Shown here: one piece after another, positions 1 through 9,762 of the stretch
Position numbering within the stretch: the stretch's first letter is position 1
Layout of the letters: each line of letters starts with the position of its first letter
Source: an uncultured delta proteobacterium
Lineage (GTDB): Bacteria; Desulfobacterota; WTBG01
DNA length: 64,000 nt
Reading direction: 5' to 3'
Assembly (NCBI GenBank): GCA_963793865.1
Contig: CAWCBP010000001.1
Span: 896,001-960,000, forward strand
Program-made: the position numbers and the translations under genes
The notes under the pieces: model-generated
What the model saw: the letters and a program-made list of their open reading frames with translations, nothing else
What the model was told of the DNA's origin: nothing
Database searches by the model: none

Positions 1-315
1 AACCGGGTAATTGTATTGGCGGGCCAGACATTCGACGATCGTCCTTTCTTCAAGATGGCCGAGCTTGACCAGCAGGCGCCCCAGGCGGATGTGGGACTTT
101 TCCATTATCTTTAATGCTTCATCCAGCTGGGCGGCGGTTATCAATCCTTCCTTGAGAAGAATTTGTCCAAGCTTCTGTGAGGCTTGACCCCTTTCGGCGC
201 GCTTGAGCGTGCTGTTCAGGCTTGAGTCCCGCCCCACGGCTGTTTTAGCTTGAAGAGGATTTCGCGCCGGTTCCATTCTCGATAGATTCCGGTTGGTGGA
301 TGCCGTCTGGTTCAT
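1..315 (-). CDS. N-terminus (partial, runs off window) of a MshEN-domain protein, probably a PilB/GspE-type secretion ATPase
   Basis: Manual translation from ATG 315: MNQTAST...QKLGQILLKEGLITAAQLDEALKIMEKSHIRLGRLLVKLGHLEERTIVECLARQYNYPV; tandem (R/K)LGxxL(L/V)xxG MshEN motifs. Not in ORF track. Confidence 0.8.
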   Translation of the reverse strand, partial: MNQTASTNRNLSRMEPARNPLQAKTAVGRDSSLNSTLKRAERGQASQKLGQILLKEGLITAAQLDEALKIMEKSHIRLGRLLVKLGHLEERTIVECLARQYNYPV

Positions 316-424
316 TAATCGACCACGATTTTTACCGTCGACATGCCCGCTTTTGCGTGCCGCATCTGCTCATTCCGCGCGCACGCTGATAAACAGGCTG
401 AGTGGTTATAATACAATAGCTATC

Positions 425-451
425 TCTTCGGCTTAAAGTGGTACTTCTTTA
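425..451 (-). promoter_or_regulatory. Putative sigma28 (FliA-type) promoter for the MshEN gene
   Basis: Minus strand reads TAAA-N15-GCCGAAGA; consensus TAAA-N15-GCCGATAA. Confidence 0.55.
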
Positions 452-749
452 GTTATTTTATTTAAAATGTAGAATCATTGTGAGAGGCAAAGGCGGCGGT
501 GAGTTCAGTGACCGGCAGCCTGCTTATGCTTTACGGTTGCCGGAAGTTTTTGCTCCAATACCAAACGGATACAACCTCTATAAGGCCATGACTGATATTG
601 ATGTTGCTTTTCTACCGCAGGACAGCGCAGGATAAACTGAATCGAAAAACTTATACTTTACAAATAGTATGGAACTTGCTACTGTGCAGTCGGAAACGGA
701 GTGAACGGCACGAAGCCTGATGATTTTTAAATCATTTCAGTTTATAACC

Positions 750-2477
750 ATGGAAAAAATATCACACGGTGAAGCAGTGAGCGCTCCTGAGCGAACCGCG
801 CCGTCACATTTCATTAAGAACATTATTGAGGATGACCTGGCCTCAAACACGTATGAAGGTCGGGTCCATACCCGCTTTCCCCCGGAGCCGAATGGCTACC
901 TGCACATAGGTCATGCAAAATCCATTTGCCTCAATTTTGGCCTTGCCGCCGAATACAGGGGCGGGCTCTGCAACCTGCGCTTTGACGACACCAACCCCAG
1001 CAAGGAAGATGTGGAGTATGTCGATTCCATCAAGGAAGACGTCAGGTGGCTGGGGTTTGACTGGGGCGACCGGATGTATTATGCCTCGGATTATTTTGAG
1101 CAGCTCTATCGGTGCGCGGTGGAGCTGATCATGCGGGGAAAGGCATATGTGTGCGATCTGACTCCGGAGGAAGTGAGAGCAAACCGGGGCACGCTCAGTG
1201 AACCGGGTATCGACAGCCCATACCGCCACCGGTCGCTTGAGGAGAATCTCGATTTGTTCGCGCGCATGCGGGCGGGGGAATTTCCGGACGGTTCGCGGAC
1301 GCTGCGGGCGAAGATCGACATGGGATCCCCGAATATCAACATGAGGGACCCGGTGATGTACCGCATCCTCAGGGCGTCCCATCACCGGACGGCTGATGAA
1401 TGGTGCATATACCCCATGTATGATTTCACCCATTGCATTTCCGATTCCCTGGAAAGGATCACTCATTCCATATGCACGCTCGAATTCGAAGATCACCGGC
1501 CATTGTACGACTGGTTTCTGGATTCGCTCGGTCTGTATCATCCCCGGCAAATTGAATTTGCCCGGCTCAACCTGAGCTACACGGTCATGAGCAAGAGAAA
1601 GCTGCTTGAGCTGGTGGAAGGGGGACATGTGTCCGGCTGGGATGATCCCCGGATGCCCACCATTTCAGGATTGCGGAGAAGGGGGTATACACCCGAGTCC
1701 ATCCGCACCTTTTGTGAACGGATAGGGGTTGCCAAGAGAAACAGTGTGGTCGATATTGCGCTGCTTGAGCACTGCCTGAGGGAGGATCTTAACCGGCGCG
1801 CACCACGCGTGATGGCGGTGCTGAATCCGCTCCGCGTAATTATTGATAACTATCCTGAAAACCTGGTGGAGGAGCTTGACGCCGTCAATAATCCCGAGGA
1901 CGCAGGCATGGGCACGCGGAAAATCCCCTTTTCCAGAGAGCTGTACATAGAGCGGGATGACTTCCGTGAAACACCTCCCAAACAATTTTTCAGGCTCGCA
2001 CCCGGCCGGGAAGTGCGTCTCCGCTACGCCTACTACATCACCTGTGAGCGGGTGGTTAAGGATGATGCAACGGGAGAGGTGGTTGCGCTCCACTGCAGGT
2101 ACGACCCCGCGACCCGTGGCGGCGATTCGCCCGACCGTCGGAAGGTCAAGGCAACCCTCCACTGGGTTTCGGTACCCCATTCCGTTCCTGTTGATGTGCG
2201 TCTTTATGATAAGCTGCTTTCCGTGCCGGATGTAACGGTTGAAAATGATGGTGAGGACTATAAGCAATACTTGAATTCGGCTTCCTTGCAGGTGCTGAAA
2301 TCCTGCCGTGTCGAGCCGGGTTTAGCATCAGCACAGCCGGGCAATCGATATCAGTTTGAAAGGCAGGGGTACTTTTGCGTTGACAGCAGTGACTCGTTAC
2401 CCGGCAAGCCGGTTTTTAACCGTACGGTAAATCTCCGCGATACCTGGGCTAAAATAGAAAAATCAATTGCTTCTTAA
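750..2477 (+). CDS. glnS: Glutamine--tRNA ligase
   Basis: [19 protein letters not shown] (HIGH), [25 protein letters not shown]; start at ATG 750 preferred over 720. Confidence 0.97.
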   Translation: MEKISHGEAVSAPERTAPSHFIKNIIEDDLASNTYEGRVHTRFPPEPNGYLHIGHAKSICLNFGLAAEYRGGLCNLRFDDTNPSKEDVEYVDSIKEDVRWLGFDWGDRMYYASDYFEQLYRCAVELIMRGKAYVCDLTPEEVRANRGTLSEPGIDSPYRHRSLEENLDLFARMRAGEFPDGSRTLRAKIDMGSPNINMRDPVMYRILRASHHRTADEWCIYPMYDFTHCISDSLERITHSICTLEFEDHRPLYDWFLDSLGLYHPRQIEFARLNLSYTVMSKRKLLELVEGGHVSGWDDPRMPTISGLRRRGYTPESIRTFCERIGVAKRNSVVDIALLEHCLREDLNRRAPRVMAVLNPLRVIIDNYPENLVEELDAVNNPEDAGMGTRKIPFSRELYIERDDFRETPPKQFFRLAPGREVRLRYAYYITCERVVKDDATGEVVALHCRYDPATRGGDSPDRRKVKATLHWVSVPHSVPVDVRLYDKLLSVPDVTVENDGEDYKQYLNSASLQVLKSCRVEPGLASAQPGNRYQFERQGYFCVDSSDSLPGKPVFNRTVNLRDTWAKIEKSIAS

Positions 2478-2499
2478 GTAAGGGAAGGGGGTGAATACG

Positions 2500-2736
2500 A
2501 TGAGCGTAGATGAAAAGATTAAAAATATTATTGTTGAGCAGTTGGGCGTAAGTGCGGACGAGGTTGTACCCGAAGCTTCCTTTGTTGACGATCTGGGTGC
2601 GGACTCCCTTGATCTCGTTGAGCTGATCATGGTGCTGGAGGAGGAGTTCGGCAAGGAAATTCCCGATGAAGATGCAGAGAAGATTCTGACCGTCAAGGAT
2701 GCCATGGATTACATTAAAAACATTTCCGGGTCATAG
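2500..2736 (+). CDS. acpP: Acyl carrier protein
   Basis: [12 protein letters not shown] phosphopantetheine motif; acidic, about 78 aa. Confidence 0.95.
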   Translation: MSVDEKIKNIIVEQLGVSADEVVPEASFVDDLGADSLDLVELIMVLEEEFGKEIPDEDAEKILTVKDAMDYIKNISGS

Positions 2737-2772
2737 GAGGCACTGTCTCGCATAGGAGAAGGGAGGTTGCAA

Positions 2773-3063
2773 ATGGCACTGTATGTGACACTGTGGAAAT
2801 ACACCAAGGACGGGATGATGGAAATCAGGAAAACCCCCAAGCGTTTTGAGGTGGTAAAAAAAATCATCAGCGACGCGGGCGGGAAGTTGATCGGCATCTA
2901 CGGCTTGATGGGCCAATATGATCTGGTCACCATCGTGGACATGCCCAATGACAAGGTGGCGGCAACGACCATCTTAAAGGTATGCTCCACCGGCCGCATC
3001 ACCTCCGAGACCATGCCCGCCATCCCCATTGATGATTTACTCAGCATCATGAAGCAGGTGTGA
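2773..3063 (+). CDS. GYD-domain protein
   Basis: GGKL..YGLMGQYDLVTIVDMP...GRITSETMPA pattern; GGGAGG RBS. Confidence 0.8.
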   Translation: MALYVTLWKYTKDGMMEIRKTPKRFEVVKKIISDAGGKLIGIYGLMGQYDLVTIVDMPNDKVAATTILKVCSTGRITSETMPAIPIDDLLSIMKQV

Positions 3064-3168
3064 GTATGTTTTAGCAGGAGGCTTCGGCCTTGAACACAGT
3101 CGTAAGATTAACTGCACATAGGTTAGAATGATCAACCTGCAGCGCATGAAGAATAACTATTGATTAAT

Positions 3169-3206
3169 ACAAAAGGCCTGTCTGTGCCTGCCGATAGGCC
3201 TTTTGT
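3169..3206. terminator. Intrinsic terminator (bidirectional-type) after glnS-acpP-GYD
   Basis: ACAAAAGGCCTGTC / GATAGGCCTTTTGT 14-bp stem with one G-U pair, followed by T-rich sequence. Confidence 0.75.
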
Positions 3207-3349
3207 TTACTTATTGTTTTACAATGTTTCTTGTCTGTTGAATGTTTAGTGGCGAGCCCATGTGGTGCATGGGAAGAAACCGATCAAATGAACAGCGCAG
3301 AGGAATATCCTTTCCACAATGTCTTTACACATGAAAAGAGAAATTGACC

Positions 3350-3580
3350 ATGTCAACGACTAAAAAGCCTTCAAAAACCAAAAAGAACGAAATAACAATT
3401 GATTACAATATCTCGCTTTACGATTATCATCCCAATCATGACCTGCACATGTGCAGCATCGTACAGACGAGAAATATGAAAACAGTTGCCGAATTGTCAA
3501 AGGACGCAAAATATATTTGCTTTCTATGCGGCAGGGCGGCAAAGAAAAAAGAGCATCTTTGCGAGCCGGTAGCCATATAG
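3350..3580 (+). CDS. Small Cys/His-rich putative metal-binding protein
   Basis: HMCSI...KYICFLCGRAAKKKEHLCEPVAI. Confidence 0.6.
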   Translation: MSTTKKPSKTKKNEITIDYNISLYDYHPNHDLHMCSIVQTRNMKTVAELSKDAKYICFLCGRAAKKKEHLCEPVAI

Positions 3581-3710
3581 AGAATGTGATATTCACTTCA
3601 CCAATCTGGATTGCCCTGTCGTATTTGCCTTTTCCGGTTTTAATGATATAATTTCCCAAAATATTATTGCCGTTACAATCAATATACTTGCCCGGGCATA
3701 TTGTATTTCC

Positions 3711-6068
3711 ATGCAGAATGAATATATTTATAACCTGAGGTCAAAAAACCTGCCTGATACCATAGGCGGAAAAGCAAAGAACCTCAGCTTTTTGATAAGC
3801 AAAAAGTTTCAGCTTCCGGAAACCCATGTCTGCACATGGGATGCCTATTTCAGCTATTTAAAAGAGGGAAGTGCCGTAACAAAAATCATCGGTGATGAGT
3901 TAGCCCGAAAAATTGACTTCAGCAAGCACTACGCCATCCGCTCCTCCGCAAACATCGAAGACAACAAGTCTTATTCCTTTGCCGGCCAGTTTAAAAGCAT
4001 CCTCAATGTCTCCGGTAAGGAAAACATCCTCAAGGCCATGGAAACAATTTGGTCGTCCGCAGATTCAAAGAACGTAAGATCGTATTTAAAAAAAACGGGT
4101 ATTGATGCAGACGAAATCAAGATGGCAGTGATACTACAGGAAATGGTGTTGCCAAAGGTTTCGGGCGTATCTTTCAGCAAGAACCCCATTACCGGTATGG
4201 ATGAAATAATTGTCGAGGCAACCATGGGAGGTGGCGAAAGGCTGCACCAGGATGGTATCACCCCCGATCGCTGGGTGCACAAATGGGGACGTTGGATTCA
4301 CGAGCCTGACAGGGCTACAATTGATCCGAATATTATCAGAAGAGTTGTTGACAAGACTAAAGATATAGCAAGCTCTTTCGGCCACAGCGTTGACCTGGAA
4401 TGGGTTTATGATGGAAACAGGATTCATTGGGTTCAACTGCGTGAAATTACTTCACTGCACAATGCAGGCGTCTATTCAAATAAATTTGCCCGTGAGGTAT
4501 TGCCGGGCATCACCAAACCGCTGGTATGGTCAATTAATGTACCCCTGGTCTGCGGAGCCTGGATCAAGTTTTTAGGAGAGCTGGTTGGTGTAAACGATAT
4601 ACAACCTTTTGACCTTGCCAAGGCTTTCTATTACCGGGCATATTTCAACATGGGCACGATCGGAAGAATTTTTGAACTGCTGGGTTTGCCGGGCAATACC
4701 ATCGAGTTGTTAATGGCCGTAGAGCGGCATGAGGCGGGTAAACCCTCCTTTAAGCCGACCGGAAGGACGCTGAAGCTTCTGCCGCGAATAGTCGGCTGCG
4801 TGTGCCGCAAAGTGCGGTTTACAAAGGACCTCGAAGCATTCCTCCCTTTCATGCGCAAACAGTATGCATCATTTCCACTCGATCAGATTTCAAGACTCTC
4901 TCCACATGAAATGATCCGTGACATAGAGCAAGTGTATGTGTTGAATGAAAAAACGGCGTACTACATGATTATAACCTATCTGCTTATGGGATTGTTTCAC
5001 AGTCTTTTCAAAAAGCAGCTCATTAAATACGGCATTTCCTTTGAAGATATTGATTCCATGGAGATCATGGAGGACTTGCAGGATTACGATCCCACCTTGA
5101 AACTTAATAAACTGAGCGGTAGTTTCAGCCGGATTGATGAAGGGACAAAACAAAAGATCGCCGCGGGCACATACCGGGATTTGCTTCAAACAGAAGGAGC
5201 GGATAGCTTCAAACAGGATGTAATCGAGTTCATGGATCACTTCGGGCATCTCAGCGAAAGCAGCAATGATTTTTCATCCACATCCTGGAGGGAAAACCCC
5301 GATGCGATATTGAATATCATTACCCACTCCTGCCAAAGCGACCATCCTGCCAAGACGGACATTCATTTTGACCGGTTGGATATGCCATTCTTAAAAAAGA
5401 TGATTCTCAAGCCCTTTTATAAAAAGGCCCGCAGCTACCGGCTCTACCGGGAGGCCGTCGGCTCTCTCTTCACCACCGGGTATGGAATATTCAGGGCATA
5501 TTTTCTCGCTCTCGGTGATGTGCTGACCCGCAGGGGAATTGTGGGACAGCGTGACGATATTTTTCTCCTGTATTTTGATGAAATAAAGGAGATTGTTGAT
5601 CAAGAGAAGCCGGATGGCACGTATGCTCAGCTCATAGAAAAGCGAAAAACTGAAATGAGGGAGTATGAAGACGTGGTCCTTCCGGATGTAATTTATGGAG
5701 ATCAGCTGCCCCCGATTGTAACCCCGTCTAATAACATATTGAAGGGAATAGCGGCCTCACAGGGTATATATACCGGGAGCGTACGGGTAATTAAGGGAAT
5801 AAGCGACTTTCGCAAACTTCGTGAAGGCGATGTACTGGTGATCCCTTTCTCTGATGTAGGATGGACACCCCTCTTCCCCAAGGCGGGTGCGATCGTTTCC
5901 GAGTCGGGGGGCTTTCTGTCACACAGTTCGATAGTGGCCCGTGAATACCACATCCCCGCGGTCGTTTCTGTTCCGGGAGTGTGCAAGTGCAGTGACGGCA
6001 CGCTGGTCACGGTAGACGGCTACCGCGGTGAAATCAGCATTCATCAAACAGTCAACGGTAAAAATTGA
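3711..6068 (+). CDS. PEP-utilising phosphotransferase (PPDK_N ATP-grasp, central domain, C-terminal swivel His domain; RPH/PigC-like architecture)
   Basis: IGGKAKNL, AIRSSA.IED..SFAGQF, DLEW..QLR; C-terminal GGFLSHSSIVAREYHIPAVV, VTVDGYRG. Confidence 0.85.
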   Translation: MQNEYIYNLRSKNLPDTIGGKAKNLSFLISKKFQLPETHVCTWDAYFSYLKEGSAVTKIIGDELARKIDFSKHYAIRSSANIEDNKSYSFAGQFKSILNVSGKENILKAMETIWSSADSKNVRSYLKKTGIDADEIKMAVILQEMVLPKVSGVSFSKNPITGMDEIIVEATMGGGERLHQDGITPDRWVHKWGRWIHEPDRATIDPNIIRRVVDKTKDIASSFGHSVDLEWVYDGNRIHWVQLREITSLHNAGVYSNKFAREVLPGITKPLVWSINVPLVCGAWIKFLGELVGVNDIQPFDLAKAFYYRAYFNMGTIGRIFELLGLPGNTIELLMAVERHEAGKPSFKPTGRTLKLLPRIVGCVCRKVRFTKDLEAFLPFMRKQYASFPLDQISRLSPHEMIRDIEQVYVLNEKTAYYMIITYLLMGLFHSLFKKQLIKYGISFEDIDSMEIMEDLQDYDPTLKLNKLSGSFSRIDEGTKQKIAAGTYRDLLQTEGADSFKQDVIEFMDHFGHLSESSNDFSSTSWRENPDAILNIITHSCQSDHPAKTDIHFDRLDMPFLKKMILKPFYKKARSYRLYREAVGSLFTTGYGIFRAYFLALGDVLTRRGIVGQRDDIFLLYFDEIKEIVDQEKPDGTYAQLIEKRKTEMREYEDVVLPDVIYGDQLPPIVTPSNNILKGIAASQGIYTGSVRVIKGISDFRKLREGDVLVIPFSDVGWTPLFPKAGAIVSESGGFLSHSSIVAREYHIPAVVSVPGVCKCSDGTLVTVDGYRGEISIHQTVNGKN

Positions 6069-6134
6069 GACGTGTTTTAAGGTTGTGCCCGAATTACGGC
6101 ATTACACAATAATCCATTTTCAGGAGGTAAATGT

Positions 6135-6509
6135 ATGGAGCTAAAAGAGTATTTCAAAAGTGTATCCGGCATGGGGTTTTTAGCTACGGCTAACAGGAAA
6201 GGTGAAGTCGATGTGGCTGTATATTCCCGCCCCACGGTGATGGAGGACGGAACGCTGGCATGCGGTATGGCAGACCGTCTGACCCATGCCAACCTGAGCG
6301 AGAATCCGTTCGCTGTCTATGCGTTTCATGAGGGGAGTTTCAGGGGAAAACGGATTTTCCTGGAAAAGGTGCGGGAGGAAACAGAAGGGGCACTGCTGGA
6401 CAGCATTCGCACGCAGGCAGATAAAATGGTCGGCCCCGGTGTCGGCGCCATGGTCAAATATGTTGTATATTTTCGGGTAACCAGGGAACTGCCCCTGGTG
6501 GGAGGCTAA
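6135..6509 (+). CDS. Pyridoxamine 5'-phosphate oxidase-like FMN-binding split-barrel protein
   Basis: GFLATANRKGEVDVAVYSRP...RLTHANLSENP; CAGGAGG RBS. Confidence 0.8.
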   Translation: MELKEYFKSVSGMGFLATANRKGEVDVAVYSRPTVMEDGTLACGMADRLTHANLSENPFAVYAFHEGSFRGKRIFLEKVREETEGALLDSIRTQADKMVGPGVGAMVKYVVYFRVTRELPLVGG

Positions 6510-6643
6510 TCGCCGCCATACAGGGAGCTGCAATCAAGCATTCACCCTGCTCAACTCATAAAAGCAGGATAGGCCTTTTAATCCGGATTGACCGGATTAA
6601 GGCGTACAAAACAACCCGGAACCTGTGGAAGGAGAAAGTGAAG

Positions 6644-6948
6644 ATGAAGCGATCAGTACTCAGTGTGTTTGCATGTTTAATGATTCTGGCGTTCCTAACC
6701 TGCCGGCTGTGTCTATATGAAGGTTCAGAGACCGCATGATAAGAATTATGAAGTGACTGAGCTGGGGGATAAAATAGGAAAATCAGAACTCAAATCTTTT
6801 TTATGGCTTTTCGCCTGGGGCGATGCCGGGAACAAAGGCAGCTGCTGACAACGGAGGAATTAAGGTCATCAGGCACGCTGATGTTGAATACTATGTTATT
6901 ATGCTGGGCCTTTATACCCGGATAACCACGGTGGTATATGGTGACTAA
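6644..6948 (+). pseudogene. TRL-like family lipoprotein, interrupted by two +1 frameshifts (about 6701 and 6830)
   Basis: Reassembled: MKRSVLSVFACLMILAFL-AGCVYMKVQRPHDKNYEVTELGDKIGKSELKSFLWLFAWGDAG-TKAAADNGGIKVIRHADVEYYVIMLGLYTRITTVVYGD*. Confidence 0.7.
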
Positions 6949-7288
6949 GCGTTTCTTAGTATTAATGGTGTTGATGCCATTGCTGCTGGCTGGTAGTCAA
7001 GGATGCGGACTTCTTTATACCGATATCGTCCGGTCTGAGTCCCAAAGATTTCAACAATACTCCGGTGGGATCAAAATCATTCAGCCTGAGTGCTTACCGG
7101 GTCCAGGTACCTCTTTTTCTGCCTCTTAGCAGGCCACCCGCGCGTCGGCCCAGTGGGATACCGATAAGATTAACGAACTCGCCGCCAAAGAGGCGGGTAT
7201 GACCAAGATTTATTATACGGATTTTAAAACACAGGAAATCCTGATGGGCACCCTGCGGCGTCAGACGATTATCGTGTACGGTGACTGA
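6938..7288 (+). pseudogene. Second TRL-like lipoprotein paralogue, at least two frame changes (about 7041 and 7132)
   Basis: Reassembled: MVTKRFLV...SQGCGLLYTDIVRSES-KDFNNTPVGSKSFSLSAYRVQVPL...-ATRASAQWDTDKINELAAKEAGMTKIYYTDFKTQEILMGTLRRQTIIVYGD*; same VYGD* end as upstream gene. Confidence 0.65.
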
Positions 7289-7324
7289 TTATGAAAGCAG
7301 CCCGGTGAAGCATAGCGTGCAGCT

Positions 7325-8672
7325 TTATAAGTTTGTCGCGTATTCAATGTATTTATTCACATTGAATTTTGATTTGCATCCATTGTAGCTCATATATCGT
7401 ATCTTGCCGAAAACCGGTCTCTCGTTCCACGCCCTGTCATGAATGCCGCCGAGAGACCAGGCGATGCCGGCATAGCCGTTGGGATCCCGCCCGTCAAGCT
7501 CGTAGCGATCATTGAGATAGATCGCGCACGTGAGTGCCTCCTCGGGGGATTGCGTCCACTCCAGGATTTTTTTGCCCCAGTACATTCTCATGTAGCCGTG
7601 CATCTTTCCCCGCCTGACCATTTCCATCTGAGCGGCATTCCAGAGCCGGTCATGGGTTAAGCCTTTTTCCAATTCCTCCTGCGAATAGATGAATTCCCGC
7701 CGGTCCTTTCGATGCTCATGCAGTGTTTTCTTTGCCCAATCGGGAAAGGCATCAAATTGATCATAAGCGGGGTTGTAGTTGCAGAAATTATCTGCCAGCT
7801 CCTTGCGGACAGTCAACTCTTCAAGGAAAGCTTCCTTGACGGCTGCAGGTGCGCTTGAAGCGCTGACCGCCAGTGCCAACCGCTGCGCGGAAAGCTGGCC
7901 AAAGTGAAGATGGGGGGATAAATTGGACTGGCCGGGCAGGGTAGGGTCATTTCTTTCGTCCACATAATTCTTAAGCCCCCGGGCAAGAAAGCGGGCAAGC
8001 GCCTTGCGGGCTGACAATTCGCCCGGTAGAATCCAGCTGACCTCTTTAACAGACCGGTCAATGCCTATGGCAGATGAGAGGCGATCCCACAAAATTTTTG
8101 CAACGGGCTTCTTCCAGTCAAACCGGTGGGATTTAAGTTTAGGGAATTCTCCCAGATACAAGGGAAGCAGCTTCTTTATTTTCGGCCTGAGCGTGTAGGC
8201 TCCGTATTCCTGCTTTGGGGAGGCTATCCAGCAGGGCACTATATTGTGACCGTCCACCTCGCAGAAAGGAATGTCAATTTTGGCTGCCACCTCCATGTTT
8301 CCATTTTATCTTTACGCGCAGCGGGTCAAAATCGGTCACTAAGGAGCTGATGTTATAGTTCCGGAGAAAGTGAACAATTTCATGTTCCGGGGCTCCGTTC
8401 AAGAGGTAGAAAGGAATATTTTTTGTTCGCAGATCTTTTTCAACTTCCTGCAAACCTTTGAGCATAAATCCGTAGTGCCTGATGGTGGCTCCCAGAAAGT
8501 CAGGAACCAGGCAAAACACAACTGCCAGGGGCTGCTGCCGGCGCATGGCCAGGTGCTGGGCATAGAGCAATGCCCAGTTGTCCCTGACGCGCTGGTCCCG
8601 GCTCATCCAGTAGACCACCGGTCCCTGCGGCTCACTGCCCCCTCCAATCAATCGCACCCTGGTATTGTTCAT
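7325..8672 (-). CDS. phrB: Class II CPD DNA photolyase, split by a 1-nt insertion near 8294
   Basis: VYWMSRDQRVRDNWALL (upstream part); GKMHGYMRMYWGKKILEW, DGRDPNGY, HDRAW.ERPVFGKIRYM (downstream part); TGG AAA CAT [G] GAG GTG joins the frames. Confidence 0.9.
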
Positions 8673-8690
8673 ACGGCATTGATCTCAATG

Positions 8691-9644
8691 CTACACATGA
8701 TTCCTGATCTGCAACTCAAGAGGATGCGGATTTAAATATACCTGTCCCTTGAGGTAGGGCTGGTCATACTTGCGAACGTAGTGGTTGATGAGGGTAACGG
8801 GAACAATGAGCGGGAGGTACTCTTGAGCGTATCCCTCTATGACCTCCAGCAGTTCTTTTTTTTCATCAGCCGTTATATCCTTTTTGAAATATCCCATCAT
8901 ATGCTGCAGGACATTGACGTGTTTTTTCCGCGTGGCCCTGATCGTGAGCGCATCCAGAAACAGCCTCTCGTACTGTGAATAGAGGTCTCTGAGGGGAATG
9001 TCCTTGGCGTGGGCTACCAGGTTCCCCATTTCCTTGTAGTGCCTGGTGCCATGGGATAATATTAAAAGCTTGTGGGCGGTGTGGAAATGGACGATATGCG
9101 CGCGTTTCATTCCCTGCTCGAGCAGTTCTCTCCAGCGCTTTAAAGCAAAGATGCGCTCTATAAAATTGTCTCGCAGGTGCATGTCGCACAGCCGGCCGTC
9201 CTCTTCAACCGGCAGCAGCGGAAAATGTTCCATGAACGCGCGCGCGAACATGCCCACGCCCTTTCTTACCGGCATTCCCTTCTCATCGACATACACCTTG
9301 ACCCGCTCCATGCCGCTGCTGGGAGAATTCTTCTTGAAAATAAAGCCGCACAGATTTTCGAGCTCCAGTTCCTCAACCCGCTTTTGAGCCCAGGAAAGCA
9401 TTTGTTGGGTATGATCTATCCCGGTGCGCGTGGTTACCATGCTGGGTCTTTCGGGGTCTCCCACCAGGCGAACCGGCTCACGCGGGATGCCGAGCCCGCA
9501 TTCCACTTCAGGGCAGACGGGCACATAGCTGACAAAATGTCCCAGGGTGTCAATCAGAAAGCTGTCTTTGCTGCCGCTTCCGTCATAGCGGACCTGGTTG
9601 CCAAGCAGGCAGGAGCTGATTCCCAGTTTTATCTTGGTATCCAT
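8691..9644 (-). CDS. ybgA: DUF523/DUF1722 (YbgA family; TudS/RudS-like thio-nucleoside desulfidase fusion)
   Basis: GISSCLLG..VRYDG, PVCPEVECGLGIPRE, SPSSG, EEDGRL, FHTAHK, HVNVLQHMMGYFK, YLNPHP.EL.IRNHV. Confidence 0.9.
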   Translation of the reverse strand: MDTKIKLGISSCLLGNQVRYDGSGSKDSFLIDTLGHFVSYVPVCPEVECGLGIPREPVRLVGDPERPSMVTTRTGIDHTQQMLSWAQKRVEELELENLCGFIFKKNSPSSGMERVKVYVDEKGMPVRKGVGMFARAFMEHFPLLPVEEDGRLCDMHLRDNFIERIFALKRWRELLEQGMKRAHIVHFHTAHKLLILSHGTRHYKEMGNLVAHAKDIPLRDLYSQYERLFLDALTIRATRKKHVNVLQHMMGYFKKDITADEKKELLEVIEGYAQEYLPLIVPVTLINHYVRKYDQPYLKGQVYLNPHPLELQIRNHV

Positions 9645-9762
9645 AGGAGATAACCTCGTTTGGAAAATTGTTAAAGGTGATACATTCGCGGCTGTATGCC
9701 GTTCCTACCGAGGGTGTCTGCGTATCTGAAACAAAGAGACCCAGACTAACCCGCTGAGCCAT

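Noticed and set aside
3711..6068. Calling this gene PEP synthase (ppsA) or rifampin resistance rph
   Set aside because: No C-terminal pyruvate-binding barrel, so not PpsA; substrate specificity cannot be read from the sequence, so rph is unsupported
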